From NCBI RefSeq assembly GCF_902652985.1, contig NC_047023.1, forward strand, positions 13,454,001 through 13,518,000: 64,000 bases of DNA, written 5' to 3'. The stretch is from Pecten maximus. Taxonomy: Eukaryota. The notes below the pieces were generated by a model. The model was not told the DNA's origin and did not search any database. It was given only the letters and a program-made list of their open reading frames with translations. Positions within the stretch are counted from its first letter, which is position 1, and each line of letters begins with the position of its first letter. Shown here piece by piece: positions 12,001-26,564 of this stretch. The position numbers were made by a program, and so were the translations under genes.

Positions 12001-14476
12001 TGAAATGTAAAACCTATATGCCCCGGAAGGGTAAGCGTCTTCCACTTCCTCAACTATCATCATGTGAATCTAGGTAATTTCAAGGTGTTATAACTTTCTT
12101 CAAAATGAAAACAGGGACGATGACAACAACTTAAGACATATCAACGTTCATTAAACGCATCTAACTTTACCTCACTTAGGCACACATAAGACCACCAATA
12201 TATTACAACTTTTCACAGGACAATGATTAACTCTCATGCATTGTATCTTTACATATTGTCTGGTTATCTTATTTCCTTTCCTTCGTAGCAACATTTCAGA
12301 AGTCCTTTCATTAACAGGTTACAATATATTTCTTTTTTTTTTTATTAAATGAATCAGTATCTGAAGACATATTTTACTTAATGAGATGTTCCCACATCGC
12401 CTTATGCAGCTTTTACACAGACAAGTCCGCTTTCTTACCTGGACGCCTAACTTTCCCCTGTTTCATGCAGTTGGTGCCTCATTGTTTTCATTTATTAAAA
12501 TTCGTATCGACGTTGAAATCTTCCCACTCGTTTTTGCTATTCATATTTTGATAGAGCTATTGTTAACTGTAAGAAGGTCATGTTTACAGTTTAGTAAACA
12601 GACCAAAACATTCACATTCCTAAATTTACAATCTACATAAATCGTTTGTAAATAGAACGGTTGTATATATATGTATACAGTTTTAGTTAAGTAATTTATG
12701 CTTTCTGATGACGAGGAATTCAACATAGTCCTGTTACGTCTCACTTGACAAATAGGCACGTCTATCACAACTTACGACATGCTTGACCGATTCCTCTAGT
12801 TTTCATTGTACTACTTAATAATTTACATGTTTCATAACTGGTACCGTTAGGTGAAAATATCTTAAAGAAACGACGATATAGTACATCACTTTGAACATTT
12901 AAAGCATATTACGAGTTCATATCTATCCTGTTGAGGAGTCTGGCTGGGTAACACAGTAGGAGGAGGCTAAGAGAAATTTAGGTGTGCACAGGTGAGATCA
13001 GACATTGAACCTGCAACATATTTAATTGTTGTGGTATGTAATAGGGGCTTGTCAAATGAAGTATTGCCTGTGCTATTCCGCCTCTGGAGACCGGTACTTC
13101 TTAATCATGATGGTGGGAAATACGTCATAATTAGATTTGATACCGTCACCAGGTGAAGTGTAGTGAAGACTTTAAACTCATTCCCACCATACAAACTTTA
13201 TCCTACATTGGAATATACGACTAACTAAAGGGAAATTGCTGAACAGATTTATCCATTTAGATATTCAGGATACTTCAGGATATTCAAACTATCAAAGTGT
13301 TACTTACAATGGCGGAGCATTATTACAAGCTATAGGGATACGTGGGAGGACAACGTGGAACTATTATACCGCCGTCGACTGGATCTGGGTAAGGATGAAT
13401 ATTTATTATGTATACAAAGCTATATATCATATATAAAAGAGATGACACGGTGACACAAATTATCATAAAGAAACGATAATTACTATCAAAAATTGGAAAT
13501 GTCATTTTTATTGTCGAAATTATATTGAAAATGATATTCTAAATATAGTTGGTTTAATTACAAGGATCTAATATTTGTAACTATTTTTAATAGAACTACA
13601 GAAAAAAAGTTCGTATATTACGTATTGCATACTTAGGTTAATTTTTTTATTTGTGCAGTACCCAGATCGGTCGTCACCCTCAGGTCAAAATATAAAGAGG
13701 GCATTCAGACCAATTAATATGACCATTCACAATTATTCTGTTATACGCCCTTCTGACACCACGTACTGAATAAGATTATAAACAGAGCTTCCTCAAATAA
13801 TACCACTGTTCTACATTATTATCAATGAATGCATCATTAACGTAGCATTAATGCACGGTTGTTGTTTTGGAAGACTATAAATATGATAATTGGTCATAAC
13901 GTTATCCAATGACAAATGAGCTATATAATTTATTATAATGCATTCATATTTGAAAGTGCCATGATAATTAAGAACACATCTCTGGATAAAATACTTGTAA
14001 TATAAACTAATATAGATACACTCGAACCATAAATAAAAAATCGCCACTGAGGTCATGTCGAGAGTGTCTGGCAGATTGCTGCCGTAAATCATAAATTCCA
14101 TGCTATTTTCTCATATTTAGACTATGAAATATACATATATATCCAGTAAACAACAAATGTATCATATGAACGCTAGTATTTATTAATACGAAACTGAACT
14201 ATGCCTTATATGTATGTAATACTATGTATAATACATGAATAATCAACAATCATCTTAAAGACATTGCAATCAAGGTTATCTTATTTTGATTAAGTGGATC
14301 GTTTTACCAACACCGTTGCCACTTCAAACCCTTTTGCACTAAAATGGCAAGAATGTGTCATACTCTTAATATAGCAGCTCTAGGATTTCTCGAGTAAATC
14401 TATTTACCATTGTCATCGTTTGTCTGGATATCGCACCTCTGATACACAGTTGACAGAGATGTATCAGTATAAACAA

Positions 14477-14850
14477 AATAATCAAGACTTGTGGGTATAC
14501 ATACAAATATTGTTCAAATATCGATAACACTAAATAATCAAGACTTGTTGGTATAATACATATATTGTACAAATTGTACACAAATTTATCGGTAAACACT
14601 AGATACTAAAGACTTGTGGGTATACTGTAATACATATATTGTAAAATGTTACACAGATATATCGGTAATTACTAAATAATCAAACCTTGTGGGTGTCATA
14701 CATTTATTGTACAAACTTTACAGAGATATATCGGTAACTACTAATAATCAAGACTTGTGAGTATACTGTAATACACATATTCTACAAATTGTACAGATAT
14801 ATCGGTTAACACTAAATAATAAAGACTTGAGGGTATAATGCATTGTACAA
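14477..14850. repeat. Degenerate minisatellite, about 60-65 bp unit (ATCGGTAACACTAAATAATCAAGACTTGTGGGTAT...)
   Basis: About 6 recurrences of AAGACTTGTGGGTAT and ATATCGGTAA blocks. Confidence 0.85.
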
Positions 14851-15484
14851 TTGAAAACGTTATTATCCCTGTACAAATTCTTTATTGTCATTTCAACAGT
14901 CATTAAGTTATATCAATATACGTAGCTTTACACACAGCTAATAGCGATTACTGCATATCTTATGGAAAACGGCTGCATAGTCTTATAAAAGTTATTGTTT
15001 ACTTACATGTCGCCAAGTACATTTTAAAATTCAAAACTTGTATCCTTTTTAATGAAATCAAAGACAAGAGACCAGTTCATATATTTTTAAAGGAACTAAA
15101 ATGTAAGATAATTATGATTGATTGGAATTGTATTACCCGGCGCAATTAAATTGTTATTTTAAGATAATATGTTTAAATTAAGATGGAGAATCAAAATAGA
15201 TTGACATGCTGACATATAAATCAACACTGTCTCTTTTACATTAGTGAATTGATATTCTACAGTCCGTTTTGACATGCGGGTCCTGTTAAAAAGATAAATT
15301 TCCTTCTGATTGCCACAGTCTTTAGGGAAAATTTAATCCAAAAACTCTTTCCATCAAAAGAGTATACGAAACACACAAAATCTTGTTTGTTTTTTTTTAA
15401 ATTCAGAGCGAGATACAATGCAGCCAAAATGAATTAAGCTGCATCATACAGGTGCTTTTTTCCTTTAATGACTCGTCAGTGATA

Positions 15485-15516
15485 CTGAGGGATGCGACAA
15501 AATCGCGAAACAGGTC
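15485..15516 (+). ncRNA. Solo degenerate hammerhead-like motif (Penelope-type minimal HHR remnant)
   Basis: CTGAGGGA-T-GCGA-CAAAA-TCGC-GAAAC-AG-GTC: perfect 4-bp stem II, GAAAC and a GUC triplet. The core has one extra G and stem I is not evident. Confidence 0.4.
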
Positions 15517-15780
15517 GAAAGAAAAACAAAAATCTGGATGGAAAGGTGGGAAGGATTCATATTTCAAATAATTTCATAATTTGCAATACATTATTAACAG
15601 AAATTGCAATATTTGATTTCAACAGAACGCTTAGTATCAATCATATTCTCAGTACTACACTAAAGTGTAACAGACATTAAAACATGAACATGTAACATTG
15701 TAATCCCTACCAAAATCTCAGGCAAATGTTTTACCTCATACATTCATAGCAATTAGACAATTTATATGACGTTTGTAAGG

Positions 15781-16310
15781 GATAATCCAGGGGGCATCTC
15801 ATGTACGTACAGGACAATCTAGGGAACATATCATGTACTTACAGGACAACCTAGGGAACATATCATGTACTTACAGGACAATCTAGGGAACATATCATGT
15901 ACTTACATGACAATCTAGGGAACATATCATGTACTTACAGGACAATTTAGGGAACATATCATGTACTTACAGGACAATTTAGGGAACATATCATGTACTT
16001 ACAGGACAATCTAGGGAACATATCATGTACTTACATGACAATCTAGGGAACATATCATGTACTTACATGACAATCTAGGGAACATATCATGTACTTACAT
16101 GACAATCTAGGGAACATCACATTTACTTACAGGAAAACCTAGGGAACATATCATGTACTTACAGGAAAACCTAGGGAACATATCATGTACTTACAGGAAA
16201 ACCTAGGGAACATATAGGGAACATCTCATGTACGTACAGGACAATATAGGAACAAACTGTGTACGCACAGGGCAATCTACTAGACAACTCACACACATGA
16301 CAATCTAGAG
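15781..16310. repeat. 32-bp minisatellite (ACAGGACAATCTAGGGAACATATCATGTACTT)
   Basis: About 13 near-identical copies, with degenerate copies at both ends. Confidence 0.97.
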
Positions 16311-18219
16311 CAAATTATCTGTAAAATACACACAAATATATATATATATATAATAATATTATTTAAAATGTATTCAGTAATAGGTGGTAAGATATTATCA
16401 CATACCAATCAATGCTGAGGGAAATAACACCTCATCGACAAGAACTTTTTCCGCTACAGGAAACTCATCTGTTACTTAATAAATGATTCATTCAAGGAAA
16501 CGGAACACAATATCTTAGACTGTGTATATGTATGAATGTGTATGTGTATGTCCGAGCCGCCCACCACACTACTTACTCAGCACTATTTACGTTATAAATA
16601 GACTAATACATATGATAAATTAAACAATTAAATGACGTTATTACAAAGAGACTGACACGTATATGCAGTACTATGAAGGATAACGTTATATCAATATCCT
16701 ATTATAACGTTCAATGTTTTGGTTTTTAAAAGGTTAGTATCGGTTAGAAAAATGGCATATATTACGTTATGCTATCGTTTGCTGTGGTCCAAAACACTAT
16801 CAAATATCATAACAATTAACACAATATTATTGCTGAAGTTGGAATATAAGCCGTCAAAACATATCAAATATCAATAAATTTTTTCATGTCTTAATTGAAT
16901 ACATGTATTTAAAAGATTTTTCATTTTTCTTTTGAAATAACCGGACATTAGGTTTACAAAGTAACATAGAAATGTATGACGTATCGTCTCCAAATAATCT
17001 CTATTTGTATCAGGCCCATGACACCAACCACTTAGTATCATTGACTGAGGAACAAGATATAAAGTAATATAGTCCATGTCTGATGTTTTCTGTTAAATTC
17101 AGAATACAGTAAAGGAGCAATTATTATTAAAACATGGTCTAAGTTAAAATTATACCAAGATAAAGAATACGGTCAAAAAAACTTTCTGTCTTTTATTGTT
17201 ATTTTTGTAAACTAAAAATATGAATATAAAAAGGAGGTCAACTGGCGGATACAATGTATGCTGTGTTTCTCTGTCACGTACCTGTATGATTCCACAAACG
17301 GAACAGGTATGTCTGAGACACACCACCACTGTTCACTGACCGATGGTCAGACAGAAGGTTACCTGGAAAGAAATGTATACAAGACACGTCCAAAGACATA
17401 GATGAACTTAATTGACCTATCACCATGACGTTTCCTTGTTGTCCAGTGCAGTCATGCATATCAAGCAACGACCTTTAACCTAAACAGTCATCCTATCATA
17501 TAGGATGAGTCTTCACCCCAACCAAATTGTCTCTGCAGGAAATCTATGTGGCCAGCTGTACTTGGCGTTGTCCAGTTTGGTGCAGGAATTGCCGGTTTTT
17601 GTCCGATGACTGTCATAAGATGGCTCTAAGCTAGCAGAGTCATTGTACGACACAAGTTAGTTTTTACCTACACCAAATTTCCAGAAGTTTTTTTAACCAT
17701 TCTCTTTAGGTGTATCTTATATATCATCCATAGATTCCTTTGTTCCAATCAAGGTTACTTTGTAGCATGACACAACCATGCCATAATTTCTGACCACTCG
17801 ACTTTGCTGAAAATAATAATGACGGTTGGGTTATATCATTAATCTTCAGCAAAATTATAACCCTTCTAGGGTAGAATCGAGCAAATGAAGTCACTTATGG
17901 TATCAATTGGCAGCATATTTTGCAATACTAAATGTAAATTATTTTATTCTTAAACAGTTTTCAGCTTCACATATATATATATATTTATCCTGCAACTGCC
18001 ACCGCATTGTCGGAATACACCCACCGTATATATTTTTGCTGTATACGGCAGTGACGGAAAACAGCTGTATTTTGGAATCTTAGCACGTGCGTCAGTTCGA
18101 CTGACCTAATTCAAAGTGAAACTACGTTTAAAAGGCGAACATATTTCTGTCATTTTTGACACTGTTTCACTTCAAAAGGACTATTTCTTGATGATTTTTT
18201 TTATTGTTACAGGTTAAAT

Positions 18220-18367
18220 AGAATACATGGCCAGTGTCTTAAAATATAAGCTGTATTGTTGGCTCGGGACAGAAAGACAAAAGTGGCTCGCCAAGGCTCG
18301 CCACTTCTGTCTTTCTTCACCCTCGCCAAAATACAGCTTATATTTTAAGACATTGACCATGTATTCT
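18220..18367. mobile_element. Fold-back / MITE-like palindrome
   Basis: AGAATACATGGCCAGTGTCTTAAAATATAAGCTGTATT...AATACAGCTTATATTTTAAGACATTGACCATGTATTCT, plus inner arms AGAAAGACAAAAGTGGC / GCCACTTCTGTCTTTCT. Confidence 0.8.
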
Positions 18368-21300
18368 CTATATATACCATACATATTAACAAATATATAT
18401 ATCTAAGTAAAGATTGACAACCTTACACACAAAGTTATAATTCATATTGATTTATATTTTGTTTACATGCTTTTTAAAACAAAATTATCTCCGTGTCGTT
18501 TTACATTTGCACATTATTTCTTATCCTTAAATTGAAATATAGTATCTACACAAGCAAGCAAAACTAATGAATCTGGTTTTTTTTTTTTTTTTTTCTTTTC
18601 TTTTTTTTTGAAAAAAGTGAATAGCCAATGATAATCGGATTTAAACAAAAACAATGAGTAACCATCCGGCTAATCTCTTCAGACACATTTGTCGCCCTCA
18701 TACATCACAATTCGCTTACGTACCGATGTGCATGACAAAACAAAACAGAGTGACGTTATTTAGTCAAAGCGGTTTAATTGGTCTTTAACATTACAATGAA
18801 AAAATATACATCAAAGTTAAGTGTATTAAAAGTGTGTTTTGTGGTTAATCGTTTGTATGATGCGACGAAGACAACACAGGTAAATAACGCTATTTATAAA
18901 TTATAGACCTCTGGTCAATAGGGTATTATACTAACCAGGTAGAATGAAATAGTTCATCAAAAGAAGGAGTTCTTTTGGGTTAGTAAAACATCATTTAGAC
19001 CGAATCAAAGGTCTAAAAATAGAAACACCAGGTTATCAAAATATTAACCTCCTTGTGATCATGGTTTAGCCAATGAGAATTGATGAAAATCGGACCTTGT
19101 TATTGTTTTACTATATTCCTCTTATACGTTTGTCTTTTCGTGAAAGGGAGATAAGATCGGTAACTTTTTTCTTCTTTGCTGTATTTATTTAATTATTCAA
19201 TATCGTTTTATAATTCCGATAGGCAATTTATGCCTACCGTAAGCTACTTCTGACATCAATTGTAAGTCTGGTATCTGACATTTAATTATCTGGCGTTGCA
19301 TACACTTAAACTACTTAAGCCGTGTATACAGAACTCTTGTGTTAAGGTGACTACACGTCTCTTGTTTTGAGTGCTTGATCGAAAACAGCATGCTGGTTTA
19401 TTGTTAATATGACCTATTTAATAATAAAAAAAACAATCCAGTCCAACAGCTTAAACCTTAAACTCCAAGTTCTTCTTCACTTTTTATATTTCATTAAACA
19501 TGTTTTCATGTTGCTGTCAACAAATGTGTAGCACAGTATTATATATGGGGTTGTCAGAACTAAATGAAAATATACATAATATATTCCGCTCGGCATCCAA
19601 CGCGTCAAAACACGATAGGATAGATGTACATGCCTAGAGAGTGTTATCGTAGGGACGAACACTATGATTCTTCCAAACATGTTACGCAATCATTTATTAG
19701 ATGTTGCTGCATATTTGCAATTGCACACATTTTGACGTCACATTTACTTTATGAAAAACCCAGGATGGAAATGCTGTATCGAATTGCGAAAAATACATAA
19801 TTCCAAATGGTAGCCCTCTACACTTGACGACTATGTGATTTAATAAGATACTATTCATTCGCTTCAGTCTCAACCAAGTATTCGCGTTTGGTTTAAGCCA
19901 CGAACCGATATTATCATATAAGTCCGTGGTTAAGAAATATGACATGCTAACATATAGCCAGCTTATAGACGGACGGGTAGCTTAATCGTTACTTCAATCA
20001 GCAAGGAATGTCTCTTTTCTTACGCTGCCTAGCAAGAACGACGTCAGACCAAGTATTATCGATTGTTGCAGTTTTCCATATTTCCATAATTTCCAATTAA
20101 CACCTGGTGTTTTTACATCTTGATTACTGATCAACCTTTGCATAATTACTGACACTATATCCATCAAAGCAACTCTCAAAATCGCATTTAATTGTAACTT
20201 ACATGTTATCAATTAGTTTAAACAATATTATTATTCAAATTCACTTACCCACTTCATCACAACACAAGTACATCTATCAGCAAGATTGGAAACTGAGCTA
20301 TGAGCTTATATTAATTCATTTATCAATTACAAGAACGAGACAGAAAAAAGAAATAAGAAATAAAAACAGAATCTACATGATGAGAAATTGTATTCATACT
20401 CTTATATAAGTATAACGATTTAACAGATTAATTATCTTCTCAAATTAATCTCGCATCGATGCCTGGATTAAACAAACAGGTATTGTATAGAACAATTCTC
20501 TATTGTACACTGTTGACTATTAAATATTTCGTCAATGAGATCATTCATGCACCATTAAGAGTATACAAAACGCGATATGTTATCTTATTAGCGGAAATGT
20601 ATGATGTTTAAAGTACGTGCCTTTAAAGAGGTACTTAATTGCAATCATAAAATTACCATTTAACGACAGGATACAGGATATATGTGGCTAGTATATATGT
20701 CGTAGTACGAGTCTATAATATAAGTCTTACACATAAAACGATCAATCAAAATAACACTATGTAGTACTGAACTGACAATACTGATATACATGTTTATGAA
20801 TTATTCTGGGACCAGCATCAAAGGACCCAAAGGTAACAGGCTTTTTATCCCGGAATGCATTTACATATATAAAACATACACTGGAGATATACACAATGCT
20901 AAACGTTTGTGTATAAACTCTGTAGATAGGTTATACGGTAGTATAAACATAAGCCGAAGTAATGAATCTATTGTTTTTTAAATTGATGCATTACGCTGGC
21001 TAGTATGACCTTAAGGACGGATATCAATTTCACTGAAGACTTCATAGAAATATCCTTGCTTCTCCTATCGGCCATATTAAAAAATCGCAGGAAAATGTAC
21101 ATTTTAACATAGTTAAATCCTTGCTTCCCCTACTGACCGTATTAATATATCGCTGTGGATTCAATATTAATAGCATTTCCAAATATTGTATTCTCGTTTC
21201 TCGTTATATGTCAACCGCTGATGGAGGTCACTATAGCTTAGGATCTCGAGACACGGATTTATGAACAGTACTGACAAGTTGAATGAATAGTCCTTCGTTT

Positions 21301-24159
21301 TTTCGATATGAAGATAGATTTGTTTTTCTTTCTTTCTTTCATCCTTTTTTTTACATTGTCGCTTTCTCGGTGCTCATTCCATTTGACCTAGACTCACTTG
21401 ATGGATGATTTTTATAGACAAAAATAGGGTGATAGCCTTTCTATAATCAGTCAACTGTTAAGGGTGTCGGTGTAGATTTGGTTGTTTTTATGGTCTGCTT
21501 CTGTTATTTGAGTTATGGTTTAGTTCCCTATCGACATTGTGCATTTGCCATTTCTACACTATTTCGATTTTCGATATACTCGCTATATTTATCATCATCA
21601 CCATATTCTTGCAATACCATCGACTTGTCTTTCTGTCAATGAATTATTTCACTAATGCTGTAAAAATCAACACAGTCATAATGTAAGTATTCTTATATAA
21701 TTACGTTTAAAGATTTAGGCAAAAGTACTCACATATTCACCATGTCAGAAAAGTGTTTACACATTCTATATGAAGAGTGTGTGGGGACAGGACTATGACG
21801 TCATTGTGTTGACCACCAGATCGGCTGGTTCCCATCACCTGAATGACAGCGGATATTCACTTGTCTCTGATTTTATTCCAAGTGAATTGTTCTTTGTTTT
21901 CTTTTATACGATGTTTGTTTTATGTTTGTTTTATGCTTGATTTATGGTTGTTATACTCCTAGAAAATATAACTGAGTTATTTTTGTAAATACAGTGCTTG
22001 TTTGTTTTGTTGCCAACGTTTTATTCATAATCTATCAATCAACGTCAGCATTCCCTTTACCCAGTTTATATGGGGAAGTTTATGGTACATACAGGTCCTT
22101 CATACTTTGCTGGACAATAGTAAACATCGTGGTTCACAGTATAACTTCAGTAAATAACATTATTGCCCCTTTTTATGGTAAGACATCCCGATAAATATCG
22201 CCCTTTAACAGCTTTGTTCTTGTCTACTGAAACATCACTTTCAACGACAGTATCCATCACAAGAATGTATGCTCAAAATAAGATTTAAGGAAATTCATAG
22301 GCATGTATTAGTCAGAATTGTATAAGGCTATATTATTAACAAGGTCGGATAATGTATAGTAATTTATGTGGGTTATGGAATTAGTTTAAGCTATGTGTCG
22401 ACAGTTTTCCCATATGTACGGAAATATCTTCATATTTAAAGAATGCATTTTTTTATTATCATTCTTCATCTATGAAATAGCTTCCGATGTACAGCTGTAC
22501 ATATATGTAACATAAATATAAACTAAATGTTCTGAGCAAAGGTTGAAATATAAAAAAAGAAATGATAATGTTTACCAGTGATTGCATTATTTAAATTCCT
22601 CACATACGATCAGCTCTATAATAGGTGGATGTTATAAACTAGCCTTATATAATGAAATTAATGTTAAACATACGTGAAATTTTAAAATGAAGAAGTATTT
22701 TTCTTTTACCCTAATTATCATTATTTATATGAAAAACCACACGATAATTAAATGTATTAAATTGTAAAACATTTGTACCAAGATTAAGGAAATACAACTA
22801 CATTACGTGGGTATTGTCTATAAAACATTTGGTGACATAATCTGTTCCCGCTGACCTCTGTGTATACGTAGATAAAGGTAACATTTTTATTTTATGCGGA
22901 CGATTGAGTGTATTGGGAGACCTAGTGTGTTCACTGGCCCATGGTGGCCAGTAATATATGTCGCCCATTAAGTGATCAACATGTTCCGCCCGAGGCTCGA
23001 ACGGTCGGCATCTACTAATGATAGGTGTCAAAGCATGTAATGCATGGCGAGGACATCACATCAGGTAACAATCTGCTTCTAAAGGGGATGTCGTCAGATA
23101 TTACATTGTCCGGATTAGGTCAGACCTAAATCATCAGACAAACGCCCGAACACATCCAAAGAACGTAAATATGTTTCGAATGGCAGACAATTTGATAAGA
23201 AGACCACAGGAAAACATTGTGTCAACCGTTCACGCTTTGCTAATTTCGCTTTAATAATAAAATATTTTTATCGTCTGCATTCAATAATTAAAACAATGGT
23301 TTATACATCTGTACGGTAAATGGTGGATTAGTTATTACCTGCATTGCAAGCTTAGGAGATGAATTTGGTGGGATTGAACAACAAAGGGAACATAAGATAA
23401 TAGAAAATATTTAGCATTAGAAGCTGGAGTTGTATATCATCAATTGATTAAGATGGGGACAACACTATTTAAAAGTGCTGAATATGTATCACAAAAACAG
23501 ATAATTTTACTTTTAAATTTGTCAATTGTATATAATTTTGTTGAAAACATAACAGTTCGTAATTCGTGTAAAAATAATATGCATCACCCATACTTGATAA
23601 TCTAAGGTGATGCTCTATTAAAACAGGAAATAAGATGTATTGATTGTTTCAATATGACATGATCTAGATATAAGCATTGTCCTGAAAACCACTAGTGTGG
23701 TGACGAATCTCAAGCCTACCAGTGTATTGGTATACTACTCAGGTTAATGCTTGGTGCTCCTCACGAACACCAATGTGACATGACGGATATACCTGTCATC
23801 TGAGGGACATACCTGTGGCTAGCTTGTAGTGACGTTATCGCATTAGTCAACCTCGGATAAACGATCGATATTCTTTAAAACTTTTATAATTATATTAATG
23901 TAATATTCAATCATCCCACCTTAGATCTAATAGTCCATGTGTGATTTACAGACGTCTTAAGCACTGTCATGTTTGAATTGTTACTGTAAAAGCAATTTTA
24001 AACTACCAATCGTCAGCATTTTAAAACATTTATTTTTACTATTATATAAAATATCGGAGTAAAGTCAATACAGTACTTGAATGTAAAAAAGTATCCTGTC
24101 AGAAGTATCAATTAAAAACCTAAAGCTGGCATTTTCACAAAGTAAAATAGAAAAAGATA

Positions 24160-24395
24160 AAGAAGGTACCTTATTTTAACAAAAACGTGAGTATAGGTAA
24201 GCGAAAACTTCTATTATTCGAATCATGTATTCTGGAAATAAATTCTGAATATACTGCAATGTAATACTTATGATACAAAATGGCGGAAGGTCCTTTATTT
24301 TAACAACAATGTGCGTACAGGTAAGCATGTATTTCTCTTCTTGCCAATCGTATATTCAGGAAATGAATTCTGAATATACTGTAATGTAAGACCTA
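24160..24395. repeat. Old ~123-bp tandem duplication
   Basis: GAAGGT..TTATTTTAACAA...AGGTAAGC...AATTCTGAATATACTG.AATGTAA occurs twice. Confidence 0.75.
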
Positions 24396-24699
24396 AAATT
24401 ACATACTTAACGTATCTTTTTTTTTCAATTGATGAACAAATATTTTAGCACACAGATTGGAATGCATCCGTCTTTGGTATGTAGAACAGTATAGGCGATC
24501 AATAGAAGCCAACAAATCTGATATCATTGGTATCATTTTCAGGGACCCTATGGACCAAAATGCTAAAATCCAAAAGTGAAGTCGGGATCATCAACATATG
24601 TCAGAATACCTGTTGAAATACAGGAGACGTGCATTCATCCCATAGCTTAATCAATTTATTTCCTTTGAGTGCTAGATTAAGAACATTAAATACACGTAT

Positions 24700-24904
24700 A
24701 GTGTGACCGTACTAATTTTGGTGGACACAAAATTTAGCGCAAAAACAAAATTTTTGACAAATCAACAGAGTAAGGGATTGACGCGCAAACATTATTGGCT
24801 ACAGAAACCAGAACGTTTAATTGGCGCAATCATAATTTAGCGTAGAGCTTTCCTCGCGAAAGCTCGAAAATAAGATAACCACTACAAAAAGAACAATTAC
24901 AGTA
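24700..24904. mobile_element. Decayed CTGTA...TACAG-type MITE
   Basis: Ends in ATTACAGTA; internal AATTTAGCG / TCGCGAAA blocks resemble the MITEs at 41206 and 51127. Left TIR degraded. Confidence 0.4.
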
Positions 24905-26468
24905 TATATGAAGTTGTAATAGAAAGCATTTCTGTGTTATAGATATGCTGAATCTAATTTTCGCGTTTTGACTACCCTAGTTTTCCTTAATATTATGTAG
25001 CTTAACCCAGATTTGACCTAGATTTGTATGGCGGGTGTTATCTATGAACGAGAAGAAGTTTATTCTTTTGGAACATCTTGTCCTATTATCTTTGTACTTT
25101 ACCAAGGGTCTCCATACACACCTTTATTTCTGTTCATTCCATGCCCCTGTTTTATCGATTTTTAGCTGGGATATGGGTTTCGGCATTATTTAGGGAAAAT
25201 GTGTTGTTTTAATCAATGAACCCACAATCTGAACACTATGAATAATTTCATATATTGAGGACAGCGTACGGATGACGCTATACAATTCCAGACACTATCA
25301 ATATAAGAATGTTGCAAAGTCGTGGCTACTTAAAAAAAGGTCTGCTTTCTGTCTTTACTTTTCTATTGTATCATCACAAACCGGAAAAGATATTTTTTCT
25401 CAATCTAATATAAAGGCAATTCTGATGTATAAAAAACTTAAAAGTATGGCATATGCCATATTTTAACACAAATGCCATATAAGTGAAACCGAAATAAATG
25501 TACCTCTTTTCACGAACAAGCTATATATTTAGCTCTTTTTTATCTACTTGATTGGAAAAAAACTTCCCTCTTTAAATGTATGCATGAATTTGTGAGCTGA
25601 ACCTTGCCTTATTTTTTTCTTCAAAATAAGCTTAATACATGAGTTTACAACCATTCTAATTAACAGGAAAAAATGTCGCGAGACCTATATAGCTACATCA
25701 CGCACGTGAGATATTTCAAGACAGAGACATCTATCTTGCTGGTGCTTTTGAGAGTATTATTATACGCCCATTAGAAGCATAGTTATGTCTCTGTTAACAG
25801 TGACCTAGCAAACACGAAGCAGAATGTAATTACAAAATGACGAATAAAACGTAAGCTATTAATCACATAAAATTATTAACCTAGTTTAAAAGTGTTATTT
25901 CCAATGATTGAGAATGCGTGTTTGGAGCCTGTCAAGACAGAAGATGTCAGCTTCAAATATATAAGTTGTACAATAACGCATGATATGTTTTGACTCTCAA
26001 TTCGATAAACTTATTAAGCTCCCTTTCACCTGTCAGGCATCCATCAGGTAAAACGACGATAAAACACAGGTAAGAAACCACGTGACAAGGCCAAAAGTGT
26101 GATCAAGGTAAGCACCGCCCAACCTGGCTCTCAGAACAGAGAGGGAAGTCGTCTGCTTGACACGACAAAATGGCTTCCACTCGCCTGTCCTCATTTCCAC
26201 CTGTGTGCAATATCCAGGAATGAAAACACTTTCGAGAAGAAAGTAAGGAATTTCTTTGGTTCTGGAAATACATTGATGTGATTGGGATTATCATTTCCTG
26301 CGAATTTTCCTTTTGTAAATAATCGGATAATCTCTCCAGGAGTTGATTGGATTCCATTTGTGATAACGCTATAGTTGAAATCTACGGGACTTTTTCTGGA
26401 TTGCTGTATAATGAAAAAGTGTGATCTGATTTCAGTTACAATTATGAACATATAGGATTACAACTGTA

Positions 26469-26564
26469 ATGATGCGACCAGATGATCTTAGTCACCTCGA
26501 GGTACTGGACGAGAACACCATTGTTCAGGCGCTGAGAGGCAGATTCCATAAAGATAAATATTAC
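26469..26564 (+). CDS. CHS: CHS-B exon 1 (myosin head N-terminus)
   Basis: [32 protein letters not shown]; in-frame TGA upstream at 26445; donor GTGAGT. Confidence 0.9.

Noticed and set aside
12015-12050. CCGGAAGGGTAAGCGTCTTCC, with a reverse-oriented relative near 25030-25085
   Set aside because: Probably decayed copies of a dispersed repeat, but too degraded to delimit or classify.
13236-13395. GC-richer block ending in a GG|GTAAGG donor-like site; possible exon
   Set aside because: No recognisable protein and no partner exon; could be a UTR exon but unsupported.
17274-17800. GC-richer block with short minus-strand ORFs
   Set aside because: The minus-strand frames I translated are interrupted and show no recognisable domain; possibly an old TE.
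19477-20212. Possible ancient LINE reverse transcriptase remnant on the minus strand (YGKLQQSIILGLTSFLL resembles GVPQGSILGPxLFL)
   Set aside because: One weak motif and no YADD-like motif; needs a profile search.
26020-26110. Cluster of CAGGT/ACCTG and CACGTG E-box-like words upstream of CHS-B (also near 32780-33290)
   Set aside because: Short words; enrichment cannot be established by eye.
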